From: Candidatus Binatia bacterium
Lineage (GTDB): Bacteria; Desulfobacterota; Binatia; Bin18
Length of the DNA stretch: 64,000 bases
Direction: 5' to 3'
Assembly (NCBI GenBank): GCA_963666315.2
Contig: CAXXHG010000024.1
Coordinates: 1 to 64,000 of the forward strand
Made by a program: the position numbers and the translations under genes. The notes beneath the pieces are model-generated. The model ran no database searches, was not told where the DNA came from, and saw nothing but the letters and a program-made list of their open reading frames with translations. Shown here in pieces: positions 39,680 through 49,144 of the stretch. The number at the start of each line of letters is the position of its first letter. Within the stretch, counting starts at the first letter, position 1.

Positions 39680-41425
39680 TTGTCCCTTCCCCCCTTTCCC
39701 TTACGCGTTCCTCACAGTACATGGTGGACGATGCTGGTGCGTCGTTTGCTCTTTGTTTTTCTCTTGTGTGGCCTCGTCGCGGGTAGTGCGATCTTTGTCG
39801 TGCCGCGCTCCTGGCTGCCCGCTCCACTCAAAAACCTGGCGTATCGCTATATTGGTGAAACAGCCTATCGAGCCCCCCCGGAAAGTCGTCACATTGATCC
39901 GGTGCCAGTCGAGCCGTTTTGTCTGGATAAGCATCCGGACTGGCGTAAACGCCAGACGGTTGAAGGCGTAAGCATAGAAGAATCGCCTGTGTGTGATCCG
40001 GATAATCCAGCCGAAGTCGCCGCTTTTGTCAAAGGCACGAACAATATTTCTGTGCATACATTGATGCAGACACGGCTGACGCCGACTACGGTGCTGAAAG
40101 AGAACGACGTGGACGGTGATGGCGATCCGGATGAGATCCATATCCGGTTCGAGGTAGTGGAGTTAAACGGGTACTCGCCGGATGATCCTGCTCCCTTTCC
40201 GGCGTATGCCATCGCTCCCGGAGTACAGCCCGGCCTGTGGGTATTTGCTCCGAAATCGCGCGGCATGGCGACCGAAAATTTTGCAAGCGAGGACGCCCAC
40301 GCCACTCTCCGCGCCCCGTCGCCGGTTATCCGCATTGAACAGGGCGACACGCTACGCGTGACGTTGGAAAATACCCACTATCTGCCGCATACGATACATT
40401 TCCACGGAGTTGACCATCCCTTCGTCGATGCCGCCGGGGAGGGCAATGACGGTGTCCCTATTACGAGTGAAATGCCGGTCGCGCCGGGTGAGAGCCGAAT
40501 ATATGAAATGACTCCACGTCAGACCGGGACCATGTTTTATCACTGCCATGTCCAACCCCAGGTGCATATTCTCATGGGACTGCAAGGCATGTTTGTGGTT
40601 GAGGAGAATCGGCCGAATAATTGGCTACAGACCTTAAACGTCGGCGCTGGTCGGGTCCGGCATTCGTCGGTAGCTATCCGTGAGACTTTTGATCGCGAGT
40701 TTGATCTGCACTATCAGGATATCGATCGTTCGCTGAATAATATGATTCAGACTGCCAATGATCCGCGTCTGATCGCGCAAGCAACGAATCGGCGGTACGA
40801 TATCACGGATCACAGTCCGGACTACTTCTTACTGAACGGGCGCTCGTTTCCGTACACGATGCGTGAATCCCTTATTGTGGTTGTGCCTGATGAAGATATC
40901 AAACTGCGCGTATTGAACGGTGGTGCCGAAGGGCTGTCGCTCCATACGCACGGACATAAAGTCACGATTACCCACTATGACGGCGTCGAGCATAATCCGG
41001 CTGCGCAAATCACGCGCGATGTCGTCTGGGTCAGCCCCGCCCAGCGGGTGGACCTGCACCTCAAAACAATAAACGACGGGCTGCATAATTACGGCGCAGG
41101 TATCTGGCTCCTACACGACCACAAGGAAAAGGCGATTACGACCGACGGCATCAACCCTGGTGGGAATATCAGCGCCATTGTGTACAAAGCGTTTCTGGGC
41201 GAAGCCGGCCGGCCTCAAACCCAGGGCATGGATTGGGCGCCGTTTTTTACCGAAGAGTATTACCAGAAGAAAATTCCGATCTGGGCCGGATTGGATGAGA
41301 GAGGACTGCTTGGAGAGGCCGGTGGTGAGCCTTTCCCTTTCAGCTATGCGCTCTTGTGGGGCCTGGGCATAGGGCTCTTACTCAGCGGTGCGTTTGCGCT
41401 CGGTCGGTCCGTGCGGCGAGCGTGA
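39680..41425 (+). CDS. Membrane-anchored two-domain multicopper oxidase (T1 site in domain 1 only)
   Basis: HTIHFHG, MFYHCHVQPQVHILMGL, LHTHGH, WLLHDH; TM at both ends; start may be ATG 39731. Confidence 0.88.
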   Translation: MSLPPFPLRVPHSTWWTMLVRRLLFVFLLCGLVAGSAIFVVPRSWLPAPLKNLAYRYIGETAYRAPPESRHIDPVPVEPFCLDKHPDWRKRQTVEGVSIEESPVCDPDNPAEVAAFVKGTNNISVHTLMQTRLTPTTVLKENDVDGDGDPDEIHIRFEVVELNGYSPDDPAPFPAYAIAPGVQPGLWVFAPKSRGMATENFASEDAHATLRAPSPVIRIEQGDTLRVTLENTHYLPHTIHFHGVDHPFVDAAGEGNDGVPITSEMPVAPGESRIYEMTPRQTGTMFYHCHVQPQVHILMGLQGMFVVEENRPNNWLQTLNVGAGRVRHSSVAIRETFDREFDLHYQDIDRSLNNMIQTANDPRLIAQATNRRYDITDHSPDYFLLNGRSFPYTMRESLIVVVPDEDIKLRVLNGGAEGLSLHTHGHKVTITHYDGVEHNPAAQITRDVVWVSPAQRVDLHLKTINDGLHNYGAGIWLLHDHKEKAITTDGINPGGNISAIVYKAFLGEAGRPQTQGMDWAPFFTEEYYQKKIPIWAGLDERGLLGEAGGEPFPFSYALLWGLGIGLLLSGAFALGRSVRRA

Positions 41426-41438
41426 AGGGAAGCGTAGT

Positions 41439-42155
41439 ATGGGGGTACATTTTCAAAAGATCGTGCGGAAAATCATGAGAGTACGAAAAGGGCAGCCACA
41501 TAGGGCTGCCCCTACACTGCTTGTGCTCATTATCTCGGTGCTTCTTTCAAGTCTAGTCAGTTCGGCCCAAGAGCATCAGCACCACCCGATGCAGCATAAT
41601 ATGCAGCTAGATGAGACCGGCATGGTCATGAACGAAAACACCGACCAGTTGCCGCGTGGCTGTCCTCGTATTGCGGGCGAGCAATCAATTACTGTCCGCG
41701 CAGGGAAAGAATTTGCCTCTCCAGGCAGCATGTTTTCTTATGATCAGCATGAATGGCATGTCGAGCCGTGTACCAAACTCACCGTGACGCTTGAGAATAC
41801 GGACAACGTCCGCCATCAGTGGATGCTGCACGGCCTGCCGCGCTATGTGTATCTGCAGGGCATGTTCACTTTAGAGGTGGCCGGCCGAGGGCAACGCACG
41901 GGTACGTTTATCCTCCCCGCAGGCAACAAAACCTATCTGGTTCACTGCGACGTGTCCCAGCATATGGAAAAAGGCATGAAAGCGCAGCTGAAGGTCGGCA
42001 CTGGGGACGGCGATTTGCCGAGTATTCCCGGCATAACCGGCCCACGTGTGTATGATACGTATCCCCTGGTCTGGAACTGGTGGACGCATGGGGCTTTGCT
42101 ACTGACGGGGATAGTCAGTGTGGTTTTTGTCGGCAGGCACTTGCATATTTTCTGA
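41439..42155 (+). CDS. Membrane-anchored cupredoxin (type 1 copper) with His/Met-rich N-terminus
   Basis: QEHQHHPMQHNM, VRHQWMLHG, HCDVSQHMEKGM (C-x4-H-x4-M), C-terminal TM. Confidence 0.85.
   Translation: MGVHFQKIVRKIMRVRKGQPHRAAPTLLVLIISVLLSSLVSSAQEHQHHPMQHNMQLDETGMVMNENTDQLPRGCPRIAGEQSITVRAGKEFASPGSMFSYDQHEWHVEPCTKLTVTLENTDNVRHQWMLHGLPRYVYLQGMFTLEVAGRGQRTGTFILPAGNKTYLVHCDVSQHMEKGMKAQLKVGTGDGDLPSIPGITGPRVYDTYPLVWNWWTHGALLLTGIVSVVFVGRHLHIF
41490..41515 (-). repeat. GTAG REP-like palindrome inside the cupredoxin 5' coding region
   Basis: Reverse strand gtaggggcagccctatgtggctgccc; encodes GQPHRAAPT. Confidence 0.7.
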
Positions 42156-42189
42156 GAGATCTGAAGCTCGCGAGCTTGACTGCCTTCCC

Positions 42190-42270
42190 TTGACCTTCAA
42201 AATAAAAATGAGTAGGGTTCGACCACATTCGTGTAATAAGACATCGCAGTAAGACATCACAGTAAGACAT
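42190..42270 (+). promoter_or_regulatory. Putative sigma70 promoter followed by 13-bp direct repeats
   Basis: TTGACC-17 nt-TAGGGT; taagacatcgcag taagacatcacag taagacat at 42237-42270. Confidence 0.55.
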
Positions 42271-42290
42271 GATTTGGGGAGGAATAACCC

Positions 42291-44003
42291 ATGCGAGATT
42301 TCTGGTTGCGGGGATTGCTATATTTTACCCTCGCTCTCGTCCTTGTATCGCCCTCGACTCTGTATGCCGATCATCATGGACAGAGTGACCATGCCCTCAA
42401 GCCGGTCACGCATGAGCGCTTGGTTAATAGTGCCGCCAATTATGCTGACTGGCTGATGTACGGCGGGAATTATGAAGGCTGGCGTTTCAGCGCACTCGCC
42501 GACATCGACCGTCAAAATGTAAAGAAGCTCCAGGCTGCGTGGATTTTTCAGACCGGCGTGCCTGCCCAAATGCAGGCTTCGCCCGTGGTGGCCGATGGCG
42601 TGATGTATGTGACTGCGGCGTATAACAAAATTTTCGCCTTAGACGCGGCGACGGGCAAGCCGCTGTGGAAATACGACCATTCATTGCCGGATGATATGCG
42701 CATATGCTGTGGTCCCGGCAACCGTGGCGTCGCGCTTGCCGGGGATAAAGTCATCATGGCCACCCTGGATGCGCGTGTTGTGGCGCTGGATCGCAAAACC
42801 GGCGAGGTGGTGTGGAATACAGAGGCCGACAACTACGCCCGAGGCTTCAGCTTCACGCTCGCGCCGCTGATTGTCAAAGACAAAGTCATCGTCGGCATTG
42901 CCGGTGGTGAATACGGCATACGCGGTTATATCGACGCGTATGATGTTGAGACCGGAGAGCGTCAGTGGCGGCGTTACACTGTCCCCGACGAGGGTGAGCC
43001 CGGAGTCGAAACCTGGGCGGGCGACTCATATAAAAACGGCGGGGCCCCGGCTTGGGTGACCGGTTCGTATGACGCTGACCTGGACCTTGTATATTGGGCT
43101 ACCGGAAACCCTGCGCCGGACTGGAACGGTGATGGACGTGAAGGGGATAACCTGTACTCCAACTCCGTTCTGGCACTTGATCCGGAGACGGGCGAGGTCA
43201 AATGGTATTTCCAGTTCACCCCGCACGATGTCTGGGATTATGACGGCAATACCGGCCTGTTCCTGCTTGACGTTATGCGTAGTGGTCAATCTGTCAAAGC
43301 CTTGGCCCAGCCGAATCGTAATGGCTTCATGTATGTGCTGGATCGCACCGATGGAAAATTCCTGCACGGCGCGCAATATGTCGAACAGCTGAACTGGGCG
43401 AAGGGGCTAGATGAAAAGGGCCGCCCACTGGTTGACCCCAAATATGTTCCCATGAAAGGCGGCAATCTGGAACTGATCTGTCCGGGCAATGCGGGCGGCC
43501 AAAATGGGTCGTACGCTGCGGCCTATAGTCCGCGTGTTAACCTCATTTTTGTGCCGACGATTGAGAGCTGCGCCAAAATGGAAAAAGCGAAGTCTATTTT
43601 CATCAAAGGCATTCCGTTCTGGGGCGGCGGTCCTGGCCAAACGCAAGGCGACCTGGGGGTCGCGTATGGCCATGTCTCAGCTATTGATCCTACCAGCGGC
43701 GAAGTAAAATGGCGCTATAAGGACGAGTGGCCCATGATGGGTGGTGCACTTGCGACCGCAGGCGGATTAGTTTTTACCGGGAACCAACAGGGCTATGCGC
43801 TCGCGCTAGACGAGGCGACTGGAAAAGTCTTATGGAAGTTCCAAACCGGCTCGGCTGTCCGCGGGCAACCGATTACGTATAAAGTTGGTGGCAAGCAATA
43901 TGTGGCCGTGCCGAGTGGGGCCGGCGGCTTGGTCGTCGATATTGTGGGAAAATACCCGCACACGACACTCGGCAGTTCGGTTGCCGTGTTTGCGCTGCCT
44001 TAG
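42291..44003 (+). CDS. PQQ-dependent alcohol dehydrogenase (methanol/ethanol family), lanthanide-type DxD motif
   Basis: Signal peptide, vicinal ICCG, NRGVA, GGEYGIRG, GNPAP, PHDVWDYDG, Trp-docking repeats; no CXXCH. Confidence 0.92.
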   Translation: MRDFWLRGLLYFTLALVLVSPSTLYADHHGQSDHALKPVTHERLVNSAANYADWLMYGGNYEGWRFSALADIDRQNVKKLQAAWIFQTGVPAQMQASPVVADGVMYVTAAYNKIFALDAATGKPLWKYDHSLPDDMRICCGPGNRGVALAGDKVIMATLDARVVALDRKTGEVVWNTEADNYARGFSFTLAPLIVKDKVIVGIAGGEYGIRGYIDAYDVETGERQWRRYTVPDEGEPGVETWAGDSYKNGGAPAWVTGSYDADLDLVYWATGNPAPDWNGDGREGDNLYSNSVLALDPETGEVKWYFQFTPHDVWDYDGNTGLFLLDVMRSGQSVKALAQPNRNGFMYVLDRTDGKFLHGAQYVEQLNWAKGLDEKGRPLVDPKYVPMKGGNLELICPGNAGGQNGSYAAAYSPRVNLIFVPTIESCAKMEKAKSIFIKGIPFWGGGPGQTQGDLGVAYGHVSAIDPTSGEVKWRYKDEWPMMGGALATAGGLVFTGNQQGYALALDEATGKVLWKFQTGSAVRGQPITYKVGGKQYVAVPSGAGGLVVDIVGKYPHTTLGSSVAVFALP

Positions 44004-44093
44004 AAACACTAACGAAACCCCGTCTTATGCCGTAGGCCTAGTGGGCCTGGATACCTGCTTGCGCAGGTATGACACATAAAGGACTGTCGTTTT

Positions 44094-44119
44094 GTAGGGG
44101 CGGCCGACCGGTCGCCCCT
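44094..44119 (+). repeat. GTAG REP-like hairpin between convergent genes
   Basis: gtaggggcggccgaccggtcgcccct. Confidence 0.6.
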
Positions 44120-44127
44120 CCTTTGTT

Positions 44128-44754
44128 TTACCGCAACACCTGCATAATCTGCCGGCTGACCTCGTTAGGGGCCGCGTCGCCGTCGACGCGTTTGAGAACG
44201 CCTTTCTCTTTATAGAATGGAATGATAGGCGCGGTTTCTGAGTGATATTTTTCTAATCGAGTGCGGCAGGCTGCTTCCGTGTCGTCTTTCCGCTGAATGA
44301 CGCGCGAGACAATATCTGCGGGTGGTGGTTTGAATTTGATGTGATAAATATCGCCCGTCTCGGGGTCCATGCGACGGCCGGTAATCCGCTCTACAATCAA
44401 TGCATCCGGCACTTCAATTTGCAGCACTACATCGAGCGCGACTCCGGCTTTCTCAAGTTCGGCATCCAGGGCCTCAGCTTGGGGCCGGGTACGGGGAAAA
44501 CCATCCAGCATAAAGCCCTCGGAACAGTCCGGCTTGCCTATGCGCTCGATAACCATGGCAATCACCAGGTCATCCGGAACCAGTCCGCCAGCCTTCATGA
44601 ACCCGTCTGCCCGTTTGCCTAAATCCGTGCCTGCACTCACCGCAGCACGCAACATATCGCCTGTTGATATATGAGAAATCTTAAATTTCTCGACCAGATG
44701 AACGGCCTGAGTACCTTTGCCTGCCCCTGGGGGACCGACTAAAATCATGTGCAT
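44128..44754 (-). CDS. adk: Adenylate kinase
   Basis: GPPGAGKGTQA, HISTGDMLR, LDGFPRT, QRKDD. Confidence 0.97.
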   Translation of the reverse strand: MHMILVGPPGAGKGTQAVHLVEKFKISHISTGDMLRAAVSAGTDLGKRADGFMKAGGLVPDDLVIAMVIERIGKPDCSEGFMLDGFPRTRPQAEALDAELEKAGVALDVVLQIEVPDALIVERITGRRMDPETGDIYHIKFKPPPADIVSRVIQRKDDTEAACRTRLEKYHSETAPIIPFYKEKGVLKRVDGDAAPNEVSRQIMQVLR

Positions 44755-44945
44755 ATGCTCAATTCTCCCTCCCTTGCCACAGACTCTGTGTCGCCTGAAA
44801 TCGTATTAGTGACTAAAATCTTATCGAAGAATACCACAAAATGACACCGGCACTTCTAGGCGGGTCTGGGGGCGCATGCTAGGGTTACGCGCACGGCATC
44901 TGAACGTGGCATCTGGGGCGGAATAAGAGACAAAAGGAGGGAAGT

Positions 44946-45803
44946 ATGAAAATTGGCGTCTTTGAGTTTGTTATTGATACATCGGTTGATCCCGCTGTGA
45001 TCGCAAAGCGAGCCGAGGAGTTGGGTTTTGGCTCGTATTGGGTGCCTGAGCATGCTGTTATTCCGATTAAAACGAGTACGCCCTATCCAGGCTCGGACGA
45101 CGGAATAATTCCAGATGCATATGGGCGTATCACCGATCCGTTTGTCTCCCTCGCTCGTGCGTCTGCGGTGACCAAGACTATTGAGCTCGGCACCGGTATT
45201 TGTCTGATTCCAGAACATAATCCGCTCGTACTGGCTAAGGCCGTGGCGACTTTAGACCATTTTTCAGGTGGCCGTTTTATCTTCGGCATTGGGGCCGGCT
45301 GGCTTAGAGAAGAAACCGAAATCATGGGTGGTGATTTTGACCACCGCTGGGGCCAGACCAAGGATGCCGTCCTGGCCATGAAGGAATTGTGGACCCAGGA
45401 AGAGGCCGAGTATCACGGCAAGTATTACAACTTCCCGGCTGTCCGCTCTTTCCCCAAACCTGCCAGGAAACCACATCCCCCTATTTTCATGGGCGGATCG
45501 TCCAAATATGTCTTCAAACGTGTGGTCGAATGGGGCGACGGCTGGATGCCTGTTCTCTCGCCGGTCGAATATATCAAAGAAGGGCGGCAACGCCTCAATG
45601 AGCTGGCTGAGCAAGCCGGCCGCGACCCCAAGGAAATCGCTGTCATGGCCTTCGGCTGGCCTGGAAAATTCCGTACCGGAGACGAAATCAAAGAACTTGA
45701 ATCAGCCGGTGTCGATCATGTCACTATTTGGTTGCAGCAAAGCGAAAGCGGAGAAGAGGCTGTCGTGGCGGAATTGGAGTCGTTAGCGAAGTCAGTTCTA
45801 TAG
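44946..45803 (+). CDS. LLM-class F420-dependent-type oxidoreductase
   Basis: AEELGFGSYWVPEH, LGTGICL, GRFIFGIGAGWLREE, PKP..KPHPPI. Confidence 0.92.
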   Translation: MKIGVFEFVIDTSVDPAVIAKRAEELGFGSYWVPEHAVIPIKTSTPYPGSDDGIIPDAYGRITDPFVSLARASAVTKTIELGTGICLIPEHNPLVLAKAVATLDHFSGGRFIFGIGAGWLREETEIMGGDFDHRWGQTKDAVLAMKELWTQEEAEYHGKYYNFPAVRSFPKPARKPHPPIFMGGSSKYVFKRVVEWGDGWMPVLSPVEYIKEGRQRLNELAEQAGRDPKEIAVMAFGWPGKFRTGDEIKELESAGVDHVTIWLQQSESGEEAVVAELESLAKSVL

Positions 45804-45901
45804 GTGCGGGAGGGGCGCCGCATTTTTCTATGATTTTGCTTGGTCGTTTCTCGTCTTGCAAAAAATGCTGCGCCCTTACGGTGTGAGAGGAGGCCGCTGT
45901 C

Positions 45902-46909
45902 TTGATAAAATTCGGCATCATGGTGATGCCTCAGCATCCGCGAACGGATTCGCCGGTAAAGCGGTTCCGAGAGGCGGTTGCGTTGACGCGTATAGCACGT
46001 GACGCCGGGCTGGACTCGATTGCGTGTGGCCAGCACTTCCTCGCTCCGCCGTATCAGAACATCCAAAGTCTGCCCCTTCTTGCGCGGCTTGCGGCCGAGA
46101 GTGGTGCGATGTCACTCGTGCTGTCTGTCATTCTTCTGCCGCTCTACAGTCCAGTCGGCATCGCCGAAGATGTTGCCTCGCTTGACGTCATCAGTGAAGG
46201 CCGCGTTGTCTTTGGTGTCGGGCTGGGCTACCGGGATATCGAGTATCAAGCTTTTAATACGCGCCGACGTGAGCGCATTCCGCGTTTTGAGGAATCTTTG
46301 GCACTCATCCGGCGCTTGTGGACAGAAGAGGCGGTCTCGTTTCAGGGCAAGCATTTCAGTATCGAAAGCGCGACCTGCACGATACGGCCCGTCCAGCAGC
46401 CGCATCCGCCTATCTGGATTGCCGCGAATAACGATAGTGCCATTGAACGGGCAGGGCGGCTGGGCTGCTCTTGGCTCGTAAATCCGCATGCCACAATGGA
46501 AACGCTACAACGCCAGATGAAGCTATATACAGATACCCTGGTTGCATCCGGTCATCATGCTCCTGCAGAAATCCCCGTTATTAAAGAGATGCATGTCGCC
46601 AAGACGCGCGAAGAGGCGATTGCGGTTGCCCAGCCCTATTTAGAGAAAAAATATCAAGCGTATGCAGACTGGGGACAGGATAAGGAACTCCCTGGCGGGG
46701 AGTCCTTTCGCATGTCGTTTGAAGCCTTAGCTAAAGACCGCTTCATCCTGGGTAGTATTGAAGAGGTTATTCAACAGATTGAGGTCCATCACCGGCAGCT
46801 TGGGATTAACCATTTCATCTTTCGCATCTGGTGGCCGGGCATGGAGGCCTACCACGCCTACCGCGTGGTCGAGCTGATGGCTGAATACATCATCCCGTAT
46901 TTCCGATAG
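45902..46909 (+). CDS. LLM-class flavin-dependent oxidoreductase
   Basis: GQH, AEDVASLDVISEGR..GVGLGYR..E, RPVQQPHPPIWIAAN. Confidence 0.9.
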   Translation: MIKFGIMVMPQHPRTDSPVKRFREAVALTRIARDAGLDSIACGQHFLAPPYQNIQSLPLLARLAAESGAMSLVLSVILLPLYSPVGIAEDVASLDVISEGRVVFGVGLGYRDIEYQAFNTRRRERIPRFEESLALIRRLWTEEAVSFQGKHFSIESATCTIRPVQQPHPPIWIAANNDSAIERAGRLGCSWLVNPHATMETLQRQMKLYTDTLVASGHHAPAEIPVIKEMHVAKTREEAIAVAQPYLEKKYQAYADWGQDKELPGGESFRMSFEALAKDRFILGSIEEVIQQIEVHHRQLGINHFIFRIWWPGMEAYHAYRVVELMAEYIIPYFR

Positions 46910-46983
46910 GGCACAGGGCAAGAGAAGAATACGAGGCGTTCGTAGCGCTGTCCCGGTGAGCGTCTCCACGTATAGACACGCGC

Positions 46984-47496
46984 CTAATTGGCTGCCAGCT
47001 GATCTATCAGTTCCTGTGTAGGTAAGACCTCGGCAAACATGGATGCTTCGGTAATCAGGGTAGAACGGTGTAATTCGCCGTGATCCACCTTCCCCCATGT
47101 CGGGTGCTCACCGTCCCGCGTGGCTGTGGCATCGTTCAGGAATAGGACACGAAAGTCGCGCCGAAAATCTTCGCGCGCAGTGGCGTCGCAACACATATGC
47201 GTCATATAGCCCGAGATGACTAAGGTCTCGATGCCGTCTTTTCGTAGTATTTCTCCTAGACCGGTTTTCATAAAAGAACCTGGGTAATTTTTGACGATGC
47301 CCCGGTCGTCGGAACGAGGGTTGAGACGCGGGTGCAGTTCAAATCCTTTCGTCCCCCGAATGAAAATTCTACGCTCTGGGTTGAGCACTTCGTGTTGGAC
47401 ATAGGTGACCTTTGCGCCTGCTTGTTGACTCGCCTCAATCGTCTCTTCAATCTTGTCCAGGGCGGCAGTGCCATCCGGAATGGGCCACTTCCCCAC
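46984..47496 (-). pseudogene. Isochorismatase/cysteine hydrolase, N-terminally truncated
   Basis: VKNYPGSF..T, SGYMTHMCCDATAR, DATAT; the N-terminal IDxQ motif is missing. Confidence 0.7.
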
Positions 47497-47580
47497 GTAT
47501 TATTTGTCTGTCCCCTCTTCTTATTTTTCCGTTTACATGACTGCACTCTTGTTGTAAAATATTACAACGCTGGGGACGTG

Positions 47581-47868
47581 ATGACCGATGTAATCATTAT
47601 CTGGGATTTGGAGGATGACCCGGATGGCAATATACAGCACATTGCCGAGCACGGTATCACTATCGAAGAGTTGGAAGAAGTTCTGCATGACCGAGACGCC
47701 GAAGACACCACAAGTAGGTCTTCAGGCCGACCGATCACCTTCGGATACACCTGAAGCGGACGTTATCTTGCTGTGGTGTGGGAGCATGTTGATGACGATC
47801 CGCTAACGATCTACCCAATTACCGCCTAGGATGCCCCAGAACGAAGAAGAAGGAGACAACGTTCATGA
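47581..47868 (+). pseudogene. BrnT/RelE-like toxin with two premature stops
   Basis: WD...NIQHIAEHGITIEELEEVL...SRSSGRPITFGYT*SGRYLAVVWE...IYPITA*. Confidence 0.7.
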
Positions 47869-48263
47869 AACGAGTGTATCGCAAAACAAGTCGTACCGCC
47901 GAAGAAAAGAGGCGCTTGAAGGTGGTCCGAGGCAAGTTTCAAGTCGAGCGTCCGTCATCGGACGACCTGGTTGAATCAGGGGACTACACCGAACCCGTAA
48001 AGCACGGAGTTACGCTGGACGCTCTGCATCTCGCCGCGTTATTGAAACAAGCACGGAAAGAGGCCCACTTAAGTCTCGCGGACGTTTCCGAGCGTTGCGG
48101 CCTCGACCGTTCCGCGATCAGCCGGCTTGAGAACGGTATGTACGAGAATACAACTCTTCATACGCTGCATCGTTTGGCGGAAGCCTACGGAAAACGATTC
48201 ATTGCCCAACTTGTGGATGACAGTCCTGATGCCTCTGTCATCCCTCCCGTTGTGGCCCCATAA
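47865..48263 (+). CDS. XRE-family HTH antitoxin/regulator
   Basis: LKQARKEAHLSLADVSERCGLDRSAISRLENG..NTTL.TL.RLAEAYGK. Confidence 0.88.
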   Translation: MKRVYRKTSRTAEEKRRLKVVRGKFQVERPSSDDLVESGDYTEPVKHGVTLDALHLAALLKQARKEAHLSLADVSERCGLDRSAISRLENGMYENTTLHTLHRLAEAYGKRFIAQLVDDSPDASVIPPVVAP

Positions 48264-48722
48264 CTCCCGCAAAGCGAGGCCCAGCCTGTTACCTCGTAAA
48301 GTTTCAAAGTTTGATAATCCTAAAGCAGGGATGGCGCGAGCGTATTTGACTGGCGATTGCACCATGAAGAAGCTTACCGGTCACTTGGGGGGGGGCATGA
48401 CGCGACAGGGAGCAGAGCGGTGAAAAGGGGAGAGCAAGGGGGATGATGGTCAGAAATGTGGGGTTGTGTGATTGCAAGACCTGACCCTAAAGCGATTCAG
48501 GGACTGAGCGCGATAGCCCGGATGTGTGTGGAAGGTGCTGTCAAGTTATTAAATCAATGAGTCTGACTCTCCCCCGTGAGGCCAGGTTCGTGACTTGTCG
48601 TTGGCTGTATATTCCACGGCAAACCGAAAGAACGCTTGTGGACGAGATGTTCCCCACTTCGTGTGCGCATTATGCGCGACTACGCGCGATTTTATACAGT
48701 GCGATCCGCTGAGTTGTTGAGT

Positions 48723-48940
48723 TTATTGAGGGAGTGGTGCTTCTTGCCTAGCTCCCATTCTTTCCGCAAATTCCTGTGTCGATAATACCTCGGCAAACAT
48801 CGAAGCTTGGGTAATCAGGGTGGAACGGTGTAATTCGCCGTGATCCACCTTGCCCAATGTCGGATGCTCACCGTCCCGCGTGGCTGTGGCGTCGTTCAGG
48901 AATAGGACACGAAAGTCGCGCTGAAAGCCTTCGCGTGCTG
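48723..48940 (-). pseudogene. Duplicate 3' fragment of the isochorismatase gene
   Basis: About 150 bp closely matching 47027-47176 (AREGFQRDFRVLFLNDATATRDGEHP...). Confidence 0.8.
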
Positions 48941-49144
48941 TGGGCGCGCTGGGCCAAGGACCCACGCCGTGTCGAGGTTGCGAAACGCCTGCGGGGTGTT
49001 ATTTTGAGCCAGACCAATAAGATTCTGGCTCCGACTGAGTTTTCAGCCATACAATGAGCGCGCAATGAGCGCGTAATAGAGGCATGTGGCGTCAGCACTG
49101 AATACTCGATATCCCGTCTGATTCCGCATCAAAAGTGTATCCAC

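Noticed and set aside
39680-41425. NirK nitrite reductase call
   Set aside because: His pattern (HxH in all four motifs) fits a trinuclear-cluster oxidase better
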